In this document: positions 14,471-23,190 of the stretch, one piece after another
How the letters are laid out: every line of letters begins with the position of its first letter
Position numbering within the stretch: position 1 is the stretch's first letter
Source: an uncultured Lachnospiraceae bacterium
GTDB lineage: Bacteria > Bacillota > Clostridia > Lachnospirales > Lachnospiraceae
Direction: 5' to 3'
Length of the DNA stretch: 24,000 nucleotides
Assembly: GCA_910579285.1 (NCBI GenBank)
Contig: CAJTTT010000003.1
Span: 21,475 to 45,474 of the forward strand
The notes under the pieces: generated by a model
Seen by the model: only the letters and a program-made list of their open reading frames with translations
Database searches by the model: none
Told to the model about the DNA's origin: nothing
Made by a program: the position numbers and the translations under genes

Positions 14471-16596
14471 CACGGATTTTTATGACGGTTTTGTCCATGT
14501 CTCTGTCGGGGGCGGTTCTTATTTCGCTGGTGCTTTTAGCGGGGCGGGTTCTGAAGGGAAAACTTGGCAGACAGTGGCAGTATTATATCTGGCTGATTGC
14601 CGTGATGCGGCTTCTTATTCCCTTTGGGCCCAAGGAAAGTCTGATGGGCCTGGCGTATCAGACGGCAGACAGCGTAATCACACAAAGAACGCAGGTGACG
14701 CACGAGGCAGGATTGAGCGGACAGACTATGGGACAGGATTCCTGGCAGATGACGGGACAGAGTAATGGGCCGGGCGGCGGAAAGGAAGACGGGCTGAGTC
14801 TTGAGAAAAAACCCGGACAAAGCGCGGGGCAGGACACAGGTGCGAAAGGCGCTTCTTTTCTTGTGCATGCGGCAGCCTTTGCAGGAAAATATTTGTGGAC
14901 GGTCTGGCTGGCCGCAGCGCTTGCCATGCTGATACGCAAAATAACCATTTACCAGAGTTATACGCGGTATGTGAAAGCGGGAGCGGAGCCGGTCTGCGAT
15001 ATGCCGATTTTGGATCGGCTTACAGTGACGGCGCAGAGGCTGGGAATCGGCAGGCCGGTGGAACTTTGCGTGAATCCGCAAGTCTCTTCGCCGATGCTTG
15101 TGGGATATTTTCATCCCTGCATCATTCTGTCCGGCGCGGACATTTCGGAAAAAGAGTTTCAGTGGATTGCCATACACGAGCTGATGCATTACAGACGGAG
15201 GGATATTTGGTATAAATGGCTGGTGCAGGTTACGGTCTGTCTGCACTGGTTCAATCCGTTCGTTCATCTGATGAGCCGGGAGATAGACAGAGTCTGTGAG
15301 TTTTCCTGCGACGAAGCGGTGGTTGCGAAGACGGGGTATGACCATGCGGCGGATTACGGGAAAACATTGCTTAACGCTATGGCAGCAGGCGGAATATGCA
15401 GAGAACCTTTTGCAGCTGTTACCATGAGCGCCAACAAAGAACTGTTGAGAGAAAGGCTGGGTGCAATTATGAATTGTAGGAAAAAGTCGAAAGCGACGGG
15501 TATCATAACGGCAGGGTTGACGGTGGGTATTGCCCTGGGAGCAGTTTTTCTTGGGGTGTACCCGGCAGTGACTGTGGCGGCGGAGCCTGACCGTGCCGGA
15601 GAAACGGCGTTATCCGCAAAGGAGAATGGGAAAGCGGGAGCCGGGAGCCGGGAAGAGCAGGCTGGCGCAGGTGAGACGGAGGCATGGGAGAAAGCAGAAC
15701 AGTATTACGAATCGCGCAGTCTGCCTATGATCCATATCGTGTTTTACGAATTGGAGGAAAAGGAGCAGGAGCTCTGGCTTGACAGGTTCTATGCGGACAA
15801 CGAGATTGCCTTCTTTTCTGTCGGTGCAGGGAGTCTGGATGCAGACAATCCTCTGATACAGGCTTATGCAGAAAAGTTTTATCAAGCGGATGAAATTGCC
15901 TTTTTCTCTGTTCTCACGGATATGATGGAGAGGGAAGCGCTGGAGGGATGGCTGGACCGGGCCCTTGCAGATGAGAAGAGGAGCTTTTGTTCGGTTCTCT
16001 ATGATGAGCTGGGCATGGACGAGGAGGGGAAAAAACTGGAAAAGGAGATGGAGGAGGAACTGCGGGAGGAATACCGGGCAGCCGGCGTTACCTGGAGTGG
16101 GAAAAACTATTATTATCAGGGACAGCTTGTGAACATTTTTCTGGATATCCATACACCGAACGGAGCCTTTTATACGCTGAATATGAATCCGGCGGGGAAG
16201 GTCAACGTTAAGATTGTGCGCGCACAGGACGGGAAAATTACGGGCGTGGCATATATGACAGAAGCGGAAGTGGAGGAACTGTTTGGGGATTTATATGGAG
16301 AGGAAGAGGGCAGCGGTAATGAGGCGGACGGGGAGAACGCGGTGGCATTTCCCGAGGAAATGACCGTGTGCATGCCCGCGTGCTATATCAGGGAAGGCGC
16401 CGGGGCGGAGTTTCAGGCGGTGGGACTGCTGGGTGAGGGAGAAATTGTCACTGTTCTTGGCAGGAAAGAGGACATCGGAGGCCAGATGTGGTATCTTCTG
16501 GATCAGGAGTCACTTCCAGAACGGCTGGATGTATCTGTGAAAGCGTGTTATATTAGAGGGGACTTGCTGGAAAAGAACATAGTTAGGGAGGACTGA
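14467..16596 (+). CDS. M56-family (BlaR1/MecR1-like) membrane metalloprotease/signal transducer with a non-PBP C-terminal region
   Basis: N-terminal TM helices and the zinc motif HELMHYRRRD (HExxH) are present. A later TM segment (ITAGLTVGIALGAVFLGVY) is followed by an acidic repeat region and a C-terminal SH3-like segment. No SxxK/penicillin-binding sensor domain is visible. Confidence 0.85.
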   Translation: MTRIFMTVLSMSLSGAVLISLVLLAGRVLKGKLGRQWQYYIWLIAVMRLLIPFGPKESLMGLAYQTADSVITQRTQVTHEAGLSGQTMGQDSWQMTGQSNGPGGGKEDGLSLEKKPGQSAGQDTGAKGASFLVHAAAFAGKYLWTVWLAAALAMLIRKITIYQSYTRYVKAGAEPVCDMPILDRLTVTAQRLGIGRPVELCVNPQVSSPMLVGYFHPCIILSGADISEKEFQWIAIHELMHYRRRDIWYKWLVQVTVCLHWFNPFVHLMSREIDRVCEFSCDEAVVAKTGYDHAADYGKTLLNAMAAGGICREPFAAVTMSANKELLRERLGAIMNCRKKSKATGIITAGLTVGIALGAVFLGVYPAVTVAAEPDRAGETALSAKENGKAGAGSREEQAGAGETEAWEKAEQYYESRSLPMIHIVFYELEEKEQELWLDRFYADNEIAFFSVGAGSLDADNPLIQAYAEKFYQADEIAFFSVLTDMMEREALEGWLDRALADEKRSFCSVLYDELGMDEEGKKLEKEMEEELREEYRAAGVTWSGKNYYYQGQLVNIFLDIHTPNGAFYTLNMNPAGKVNVKIVRAQDGKITGVAYMTEAEVEELFGDLYGEEEGSGNEADGENAVAFPEEMTVCMPACYIREGAGAEFQAVGLLGEGEIVTVLGRKEDIGGQMWYLLDQESLPERLDVSVKACYIRGDLLEKNIVRED

Positions 16597-17100
16597 ATGA
16601 ATACCTATATTTTTTTATATCCGAACACATCCTTTTTTGAGGTAACGCTGGCTGCTTATTTTATGAAAACGAAAGGCAGTGTCTATATCGTTGCGGAGGA
16701 GGAATACCAGGTGATATGCACGAATGAAGGAATCAGGGTTCAAAAGGATATAAGCCTTTCCCAGATGAAAGCAGAAAGTGTGGATGTGTTTATTCTTTGC
16801 GGCGGTGAAATTGACAACATTCATAATAAGGAACTGCTATTTGAAATCATCAAGAAGTGTATAGAGGATAAGAAAATTGTCGGCGGCATCTGTGCAGGAA
16901 GAAGGCTTATCGCGGATGCTGTCGGAGATTTGAAATTCCCTGAAAAGACGTGCGTTTTGGATCATATGATCCTAAGTCCGGGAAATGAGTACGTTGATTT
17001 TGCTTTGGAGGTGGGAAAGGCGGCAGATATTTTTGTGGACGAAGAAGATTACCAGGAAACCGTAGATTACTTTAAATATTTCAAATATATCGGCAACTGA
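16597..17100 (+). CDS. DJ-1/PfpI-family (class I glutamine-amidotransferase-like) protein
   Basis: VDVFILCGGE ... KIVGGICAGRRLIADAVG contains the nucleophile-elbow Cys typical of DJ-1/PfpI. The ATG directly follows the blaR1-like stop. Confidence 0.75.
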   Translation: MNTYIFLYPNTSFFEVTLAAYFMKTKGSVYIVAEEEYQVICTNEGIRVQKDISLSQMKAESVDVFILCGGEIDNIHNKELLFEIIKKCIEDKKIVGGICAGRRLIADAVGDLKFPEKTCVLDHMILSPGNEYVDFALEVGKAADIFVDEEDYQETVDYFKYFKYIGN

Positions 17101-17143
17101 GAAAAAGATCCATCTTCGTTTTAAAGGAAAACGATCCGGCGCT

Positions 17144-17485
17144 TTAGCAGCCGCCGTCCGCCTCCACCTGTAAAATATCCTCAAATCGAATTTTCGTGTT
17201 CACGATCTGCAATAACCGGCTGGTCTCGTCGATGCGGGCGACCAGGCCGGTTATTTTGATATATTCCCCGTTTTGAAAATAGACGACAGTGGCCATGTTT
17301 CCTTTGGAGAGCAGATGCATCCGCATGTCCAGCTCCTCCTCCATTTCCGGGGAAAGCACGATTTTCGGGACGAGAATTTTTTCTTTTTTTGCGAGGGCGT
17401 CTGGAAGCCCGCGCAGCGCCGCAAAGGGCATAAACTGCTTGGCTCTCTCTTCTATGGACATTTTGGTTTTCGGTTTTTTTGTCAT
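17144..17485 (-). CDS. YolD-like protein
   Basis: MPFAALRGLPDALAKKEK ... VVYFQNGEYIKITGLVARIDETSRLLQIV fits the YolD-like family, which classically follows Y-family polymerase genes in Firmicutes. The start is uncertain: 17485 is preferred, with 17497, 17512 and 17551 as alternatives. Confidence 0.75.
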   Translation of the reverse strand: MTKKPKTKMSIEERAKQFMPFAALRGLPDALAKKEKILVPKIVLSPEMEEELDMRMHLLSKGNMATVVYFQNGEYIKITGLVARIDETSRLLQIVNTKIRFEDILQVEADGGC

Positions 17486-17528
17486 TTTTCCTTCCATTTC
17501 CGGCGGTATCATCAGCCGTCTGGAGCAT

Positions 17529-18788
17529 TTACTCGGCCCTATGGCCTCCAATCTGGTGATTCCGCTCTCTGGTGGTGGCGCCTTCCTCCAGATTCATGCC
17601 TTTCAGGATGGCGTCCTTTCCGAATTTATTTTTAATGCTGATGACAGCCTGCTGTACCTTGCGGTTTTTCTCGAGTTCTTCGGCATCCACGAAGAAGTGG
17701 TACTGGTGGTATTCTTCCGGCATTACATGGTTGCATGTCAGATTGACGCGGTGGACCGGCCACTCGGGGTTCACGATTTTTTCATAGAGGGCTGTCACCG
17801 CGGGAATGAGAATGAGGTCTGAGCTGGTGTCCGTCTGTAAGTCGGCTGTGCCGTGGGCAGATGGCGCATTCATGCGGTTGGAGTAGCCGACGTGGAGTGT
17901 GACGGAGCGGGTGACCAGATTCTTTTCCACCAGATCCAGACACAGAAGATCCATCATCTCCTTGACAATGAGAAGTCCTTTGTCAAAGGAATAGTCGCTG
18001 CCAAGCACCTGCCCGCTGGTGAGACAGTTGGTGTGGGGCCGGTAGTTTTTGATGTCGGCGATGGTGACAGGTTCCCGTCCCCAGGCGTGGTCGATCAGAA
18101 GTTCCGCGTCAATCCCGAAAAGCTTATATAAGAGATCCTCGTCTGCGGCGGCCACATCCTCCATCGTGCGGATGCCGAAGGTATCAAGCCGTCTGGCGGT
18201 GCCTGCGCCGATGCGCCAGAAATCCGTGAGGGGTTTGTGTGCCCAGAGTGTTTTGCAATAGCTCTCCTCCGTCAGCTCACCAATGAAGTCATCGGCGTGT
18301 TTGGCGGTGATATCCAGCGCGACTTTGGCCAGATACAGGTTGGAACCAACACCGCAGGAGGCACGGATGCCGGTCTGCTCATAGATGTCCTGCATGATCT
18401 GAAAACCGAGCTGTCTGGCGGAGAGCCGGTAGAGCGTAAGATAATCCGTCACATCCATGAATGCCTCGTCGATGGAGTAGACGTGGATGTCCTCTTTGGA
18501 TATATATTTCAGATAAATTTCATAGATGTCGGCGGAGACATCCACATATTTCTGCATACGGGGCGGAGCCACGATATATGCCACTGATTTCGGAATCTCA
18601 AATATGCGGCAGCGGTTTTTAATGCCAAGCGCTTTCATGGCTGGGGTGATGGCAAGACAGATGGTTTTCTCCGTCCGGCTCGGGTCGGCTACGACCAGGT
18701 TGGTGGTCATGGGATCCAGGTTTCTTTCCACGCATTCCACTGAGGCGTAGAAAGATTTCAGGTCTATACAGAGATAGGTGCGGCTCAT
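17529..18788 (-). CDS. Y-family (translesion) DNA polymerase, ImpB/UmuC/DinB superfamily
   Basis: The N-terminus YLCIDLKSFYASVECVERNLDP...VVADPSRTEKTICLAITPAMKALGI and SIDEAFMDVT are hallmark Y-family palm motifs. AAGGAG RBS is present. Confidence 0.95.
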   Translation of the reverse strand: MSRTYLCIDLKSFYASVECVERNLDPMTTNLVVADPSRTEKTICLAITPAMKALGIKNRCRIFEIPKSVAYIVAPPRMQKYVDVSADIYEIYLKYISKEDIHVYSIDEAFMDVTDYLTLYRLSARQLGFQIMQDIYEQTGIRASCGVGSNLYLAKVALDITAKHADDFIGELTEESYCKTLWAHKPLTDFWRIGAGTARRLDTFGIRTMEDVAAADEDLLYKLFGIDAELLIDHAWGREPVTIADIKNYRPHTNCLTSGQVLGSDYSFDKGLLIVKEMMDLLCLDLVEKNLVTRSVTLHVGYSNRMNAPSAHGTADLQTDTSSDLILIPAVTALYEKIVNPEWPVHRVNLTCNHVMPEEYHQYHFFVDAEELEKNRKVQQAVISIKNKFGKDAILKGMNLEEGATTRERNHQIGGHRAE

Positions 18789-18850
18789 TTCCAGCTCCTT
18801 TTACAATCAGTCATCGTGTCCGTGTTTCGTTGCTTTTCTTATCTAGTCAT

Positions 18851-18879
18851 AGCATACCACAAGAACATATGTTTGGCAA
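18851..18879 (-). promoter_or_regulatory. SOS promoter: LexA (Cheo-type) box between the -35 and -10
   Basis: On the minus strand: TTGCCA (18874-18879), a 17-bp spacer, then TATGCT (18851-18856). The spacer contains AGAACATATGTTTG (18862-18875), matching the Firmicutes LexA consensus CGAAC-N4-GTTCG in its GAAC-N4-GTT core. Confidence 0.65.
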
Positions 18880-19036
18880 GAGCAAGTGCAGTGACAAAGT
18901 GACGGAAGCGGTGCGGTAGGATGCCGGTCATTTTATGCCGTCTGTATGATTTATTTTGGACAGGAAAAAGAAAAATAAGGACAAATTTGTAATTTAATGT
19001 TAGAATACCCTTATATGTATGAAGGGGTAAAGGAAT

Positions 19037-20308
19037 ATGAGCGTTATCAGCAGTAAGGATGTCAACGAGATCATCCGAAAAACTCTCGGCATCATCAACA
19101 ATAAGATTATGCATCATGGGGAGATCACGGGGTATATCTTATATAAGATGATGGAGTACGAAAATGCCTACACCGATCAGAATTACACGGAGCAGGAACT
19201 GGTGGATTACACCATGCTCGGTATTCTGCATGACATCGGTCTTTATAAGGAAGACAATGTCAAAAATGTGTCGGATTTTGAAACGAAAAATCTCTGGCCG
19301 CACTCGATCTACGGCTTTCTCTTTTTGAAGTATCTCTCACCCATAGGGGACAGGGCGGAGATCGTGCTTTATCATCATCTGGATTATAACCGCTACAGTA
19401 TGATACAGAGCCGCTATCTGCATGTGACGGAACTTCTGAATCTGGCGGACAAGATGGATACGGTTCTGCATCTGAAAGAGGAGAAACTGGAGCAGGATTA
19501 TTTTTCAAAGTACCGCAATATCAAATTTTCGGGTGCGGCGATGGATCTGTTCCAGAAAGCGGAAAAGTGTTATGGGATAACGGATAATCTCGTGACCGGC
19601 AAATATCGTGAAGAGCTGGATGTGCTGCTGGCGAAGAGAGCCTTTTCCGAGCAGTACAAAAAAGGCTTTTTGGAGATGCTTGTCTATACCATTGATTTTA
19701 GAAGCGAGCATACGGTGATCCATACGCTGGCGACGGTGAACTTTGCGGAGAAGCTTGGCAGGCTTGCGAGAGTTTCCGGCAAGGATCTGCGTGATCTGCA
19801 TTACGGCGCGCTTCTGCATGATCTCGGCAAGATTGCCATTCCTTTACATATTCTGGAGTCCACGGGACGGCTGAGTGACGATGAGATGAAAGTGATGAAA
19901 GCCCATGTGCGGATCACGGAGATGATTCTGGAGGGCGTTGTGGATGATGCAGTGCTGCAGATCGCGGTCAGACATCACGAAAAACTGGACGGGACAGGCT
20001 ATCACAGGGGGCTTTCGGCGGCGGATCTGACTCTGCCCCAGCAGATCATTGCGGTGGCGGACATTTTGAGTGCGCTTTACGGCAAACGCAGCTACAAGGA
20101 GGCTTTCAGCAAGGAGAAAATTCTCGACATTATGAACTCTGACGCGGATAAAGGCAAGATTAACCGCAATGTGGTGACAACCCTCGAGAAAAATTATGAC
20201 AGCATTATCGAAGAGTTTGAGAAAGAAAAAGAAAACACCATCGGATTATACTTGAAAATCAAGGAGCAGTATGCGATAATGATTGAACGTTTCAAAAGGT
20301 TTGGCTAA
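19037..20308 (+). CDS. Tandem HD-domain protein; C-terminal HD-GYP-type (cyclic-di-GMP phosphodiesterase family) domain
   Basis: The second domain has HDLGKIAIP and HHEKLDGTGYHRGL (HD ... HHExxDGxGY). The first domain retains HDIGLYK and YHHLDYNRYS but lacks the GYP segment. Confidence 0.88.
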   Translation: MSVISSKDVNEIIRKTLGIINNKIMHHGEITGYILYKMMEYENAYTDQNYTEQELVDYTMLGILHDIGLYKEDNVKNVSDFETKNLWPHSIYGFLFLKYLSPIGDRAEIVLYHHLDYNRYSMIQSRYLHVTELLNLADKMDTVLHLKEEKLEQDYFSKYRNIKFSGAAMDLFQKAEKCYGITDNLVTGKYREELDVLLAKRAFSEQYKKGFLEMLVYTIDFRSEHTVIHTLATVNFAEKLGRLARVSGKDLRDLHYGALLHDLGKIAIPLHILESTGRLSDDEMKVMKAHVRITEMILEGVVDDAVLQIAVRHHEKLDGTGYHRGLSAADLTLPQQIIAVADILSALYGKRSYKEAFSKEKILDIMNSDADKGKINRNVVTTLEKNYDSIIEEFEKEKENTIGLYLKIKEQYAIMIERFKRFG

Positions 20309-20340
20309 ACAGTAGAAAAGAAAAGGAGGCATGATTCTAT

Positions 20341-21459
20341 ATGGAACAGGCAAAGGTATATTTTACATCCTTTAAGGCTACGGAGCATGAGAACTTATTA
20401 CAGAAGCTTCACCGGCTGATGAAGACGGCAGGTTTCGAGAACATTGATTTTGCGGACAAGTATACAGCGATCAAGATTCATTTCGGTGAGTACGGAAATC
20501 TGGCCTTTCTGCGCCCGAACTACGCAAGGGTGGTGGCGGACTATGTGAAGGAGCTGGGCGGCAAGCCTTATCTGACAGACTGCAATACCCTCTATGTAGG
20601 CAGCAGGAAAAATGCGCTGGATCATCTGGAAACAGCTTATGTGAACGGCTTCTCTCCTTATCAGACAGGATGCCATGTTATTATCGGAGATGGTCTGAAA
20701 GGGACAGACGAGACGCTGGTACCCATCAATGGTGAGTATGTGAAGGAGGCGAAGATCGGACACGCGGTCATGGATGCGGATGTGTTCATCTCCCTGACAC
20801 ATTTCAAAGGGCATGAAATGGCAGGTTTCGGCGGCGCACTGAAAAACATCGGTATGGGCTGCGGTTCCAGAGCTGGCAAGATGGAGCAGCACTGCGACGG
20901 TAAGCCGGAGGTGGATCAGTCCCTCTGTGTGGGCTGCGGCGCATGCGACAGGATTTGTGCCCACGGCGCGCCTGTGATCGGGGATGGCAAGGCGCATATT
21001 GACCATGACAAATGCGTGGGTTGCGGACGGTGTCTTGCGGTTTGTCCGAAAGATGCAATTTCTGCAAGTTTTGAGGATTCCATCGCCATGCTCAATTATA
21101 AGATGGCGGAGTATGCGTGGGCAGTCTGCAAAGATAAACCGTGTTTCCATGTATCTCTGATCTGCGATGTGTCGCCCAACTGTGACTGTCATGCAGAAAA
21201 CGACATTCCGATTATCCCCAATGTGGGAATGCTGGCCTCTTATGACCCGGTGGCGTTAGACCAGGCATGCGCTGACCTGTGCAATAAGATGGCCCCGGTG
21301 GAGGAGAGCGTGCTCGGTGAAAATCTGCATAAGCACGGCAACGAGGAAGGGCATGACCATTTCTTTATGACCCACCCGGACACGGAATGGAAGTCCTGTA
21401 TTGCCCATGCGGTGAAGATCGGGCTGGGGACTGACCAGTATGAGCTGGTGACGATCTAA
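20341..21459 (+). CDS. DUF362-domain protein with an inserted 2x[4Fe-4S] ferredoxin module
   Basis: KVYFTSF...AIKIHFGEYGNLAFLRPNYARVVADYVKELGGKPYLTDCNTLY is DUF362-like. CVGCGACDRICAHG and CVGCGRCLAVCP are ferredoxin motifs. AAGGAGG RBS is present. Confidence 0.85.
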   Translation: MEQAKVYFTSFKATEHENLLQKLHRLMKTAGFENIDFADKYTAIKIHFGEYGNLAFLRPNYARVVADYVKELGGKPYLTDCNTLYVGSRKNALDHLETAYVNGFSPYQTGCHVIIGDGLKGTDETLVPINGEYVKEAKIGHAVMDADVFISLTHFKGHEMAGFGGALKNIGMGCGSRAGKMEQHCDGKPEVDQSLCVGCGACDRICAHGAPVIGDGKAHIDHDKCVGCGRCLAVCPKDAISASFEDSIAMLNYKMAEYAWAVCKDKPCFHVSLICDVSPNCDCHAENDIPIIPNVGMLASYDPVALDQACADLCNKMAPVEESVLGENLHKHGNEEGHDHFFMTHPDTEWKSCIAHAVKIGLGTDQYELVTI

Positions 21460-21506
21460 AGAGAGGGCAGCAGGAAAACAGAAAGATAGAGCATAAGAGA
21501 TAGAGA

Positions 21507-21570
21507 AAACGGCCGCCGACAGTCAGCGTATTGCTTGAGTGTCTGGAGGCCGTTTTCCTTTTTGTATTTT
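21507..21570. terminator. Long imperfect hairpin between convergent genes (likely bidirectional terminator)
   Basis: AAAACGGCCGCC (21507-21518) pairs with GGAGGCCGTTTT (21545-21556) with one mismatch. The inner arms GACAGTC/GAGTGTC pair partly. CCTTTTTGTATTTT follows on the + strand. Confidence 0.5.
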
Positions 21571-21647
21571 GCGCATCTGAGTACGCGATTGTCTGCCGCA
21601 TCTGACAAAACGAATGATTTACGCTTTGGCGGATCAGCCTGTGCGGA

Positions 21648-23072
21648 TTACCGTGCTTCGCCTGCGTGGGGAATATCGGTATGTTCTGAAATTTCCCGGC
21701 TGATCGTACACAGGTCGTCCACGGATAAGCCGTGAATGTCTGGATTGCCGGTGATGCGGGCAAACGTCTTCAGCTCCTCAGCGGAACATCTCAGATAATT
21801 TTCCACCCGTTTTGCGGCGGCGTCAATATGCAGTCTTTCCCGCAGTTTTTCGTCCTGTGTCGCCACACCCACCGGGCACATGCCGCTGCCGCATATGCGA
21901 TACTGCTGGCAGGCAGCAGCGACCATAGCGGCGGATGCCACGGCGACAGCGTCCGCGCCCAGGGCGATCGCTTTGGCAAAATCGGAGGACACGCGCAGGC
22001 CCCCGGTGATGACCAGATCAATGTCCGTGCCAACGGCATCAAGGTATTTCCTTGCCCGGCAGAGGGCGTAGATGGTCGGCACACTGGTGGAGTCCCGGAT
22101 GATGGCGGGGGAAGCCCCGGTTGCGCCGCCGCGGCCGTCTATGGTGATGAAATCGGGTTCGGCGTAGACACAAAATTCCAGATCTTTCTCGATCCGCCCG
22201 GCAGCGATCTTGATGCCGATGGGCCTTCCTTCGCTTCGGGTGCGCAGTTCTTCTACCAGTTTTTTCAAATCATCTGCACTGTCTATACCGGGGAATTTGG
22301 AAGGGCTGATGACGTCCTCCCCAAGCGGCTTGTTTCTGATTTTTGCAATTTCCGGGGTTACCTTACCGCCGGGAAGATGGCCTCCCATACCCGGTTTTGT
22401 ACCCTGACCGATCTTGATTTCAATGGCGTCGGATGTTCTCAGATTTTCATCGGTAACGCTGTACTGGTTCGGGACATATTCAAATATGTATTTGCAGGCC
22501 GCGGCCTTTTCTTCCGGGAGAATGCCTCCTTCCCCGCTGCACATTGCCGTTTCCACGGCAGCGCTGCCTCTTGCCATCGCGATTTTTGTCTCCCGGGAAA
22601 GGGCGCCGAAGGACATATGGGAGATGTAGACCGGCATGGCAAGGGTCATCGGTTTTTTTGCGTGTTTGCCGATCACAGTCTGCAGAGATACCTCGTCATG
22701 TTCATTTAGGGGCATCGGGTTTAACTGTGCGCCAAGAATCAGGACATCGTCCCAGCCCGGCATTTTCATCTGCGTGCCCATAGCCTCTATTGCAGATTTC
22801 CCGGTGACAGCCATCTCGTGAATCTCTTTCATATAGCGGTAACTGCTGTCTGTTTTTCTGGTTTCCTTCGGATAACTTAAATCCAGGTCTCCGGCGTTTT
22901 TACAAGTTTCCCCATTTTCCGGCTCCGCGCAGGCGGCGGGTGTTTCGGATTCCAGCGCGTTGAATTTCTCCGGCGGCTGTTTGCAGATGGGACATTCCTT
23001 CAGCTCTGAAAAGGGCTTTCCTTCCTTTTCTTCATCGTATTCATACCCACAGATGCTGCATTTGTAGATCAT
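21648..23072 (-). CDS. Rubredoxin-fused glutamate-synthase-related FMN protein (GltB domain-2 like)
   Basis: The N-terminus MIYKCSICGYEYDE...CPICKQP is a rubredoxin-type CxxC...CxxC knuckle. The body (ISHMSFGALS, KIGQGTKPGMGGHLPG, ITIDGRGGATGASP, ITGGLR) matches the FMN-binding glutamate-synthase domain. AAAGGAGGAA lies upstream of ATG 23072. Confidence 0.9.
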   Translation of the reverse strand: MIYKCSICGYEYDEEKEGKPFSELKECPICKQPPEKFNALESETPAACAEPENGETCKNAGDLDLSYPKETRKTDSSYRYMKEIHEMAVTGKSAIEAMGTQMKMPGWDDVLILGAQLNPMPLNEHDEVSLQTVIGKHAKKPMTLAMPVYISHMSFGALSRETKIAMARGSAAVETAMCSGEGGILPEEKAAACKYIFEYVPNQYSVTDENLRTSDAIEIKIGQGTKPGMGGHLPGGKVTPEIAKIRNKPLGEDVISPSKFPGIDSADDLKKLVEELRTRSEGRPIGIKIAAGRIEKDLEFCVYAEPDFITIDGRGGATGASPAIIRDSTSVPTIYALCRARKYLDAVGTDIDLVITGGLRVSSDFAKAIALGADAVAVASAAMVAAACQQYRICGSGMCPVGVATQDEKLRERLHIDAAAKRVENYLRCSAEELKTFARITGNPDIHGLSVDDLCTISREISEHTDIPHAGEAR

Positions 23073-23124
23073 TGCAATTTCCTCCTTTGTAGTTTTTGTA
23101 TTTTGACAGGGATAACATATCAAA

Positions 23125-23169
23125 AATTAGAATTATTCTAATTATAATATAGATTTCGATGTTTGTCGA
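23125..23169 (-). promoter_or_regulatory. Promoter with a perfect 7-1-7 (extendable to 9-1-9) Fur-family-type palindrome
   Basis: On the minus strand: TCGACA (23164-23169), a 17-bp spacer, then TATAAT (23141-23146). The palindrome TTAGAAT-n-ATTCTAA (23127-23141; AATTAGAATtATTCTAATT at 23125-23143) overlaps the -10 and +1. Confidence 0.55.
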
Positions 23170-23190
23170 GGAAAGACTTGACGTGACAGA

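Noticed and set aside
14536-15345. 269-aa ORF on the minus strand
   Set aside because: It lies entirely antisense to the M56/BlaR1-like gene, whose HExxH motif and TM helices validate the + frame. It is rich in Arg, Pro and His, typical of a shadow frame in G+C-rich coding DNA, and has no RBS.
15636-15653. Tandem 7-bp unit GGGAGCC x2.5 inside the blaR1-like linker
   Set aside because: There are only two full copies, and they encode part of a Gly/Ala/Glu-rich linker. That is too short to argue for slipped-strand switching.
17116-17134. Hairpin TCGTTTT-aaagg-AAAACGA between the DJ-1 and YolD-like genes
   Set aside because: It is a 7-bp AT-rich stem with no adjacent U-tract on either strand, so it is too weak to call a terminator.
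20398-21192. 264-aa minus-strand ORF
   Set aside because: It is antisense to the DUF362/ferredoxin gene. The composition is that of a shadow ORF, with no motif and no RBS.
21732-22709. 325-aa plus-strand ORF
   Set aside because: It is antisense to the glutamate-synthase-like gene, which has clear FMN-domain motifs. The sequence is low-complexity and Gly/Ala/Arg-rich.
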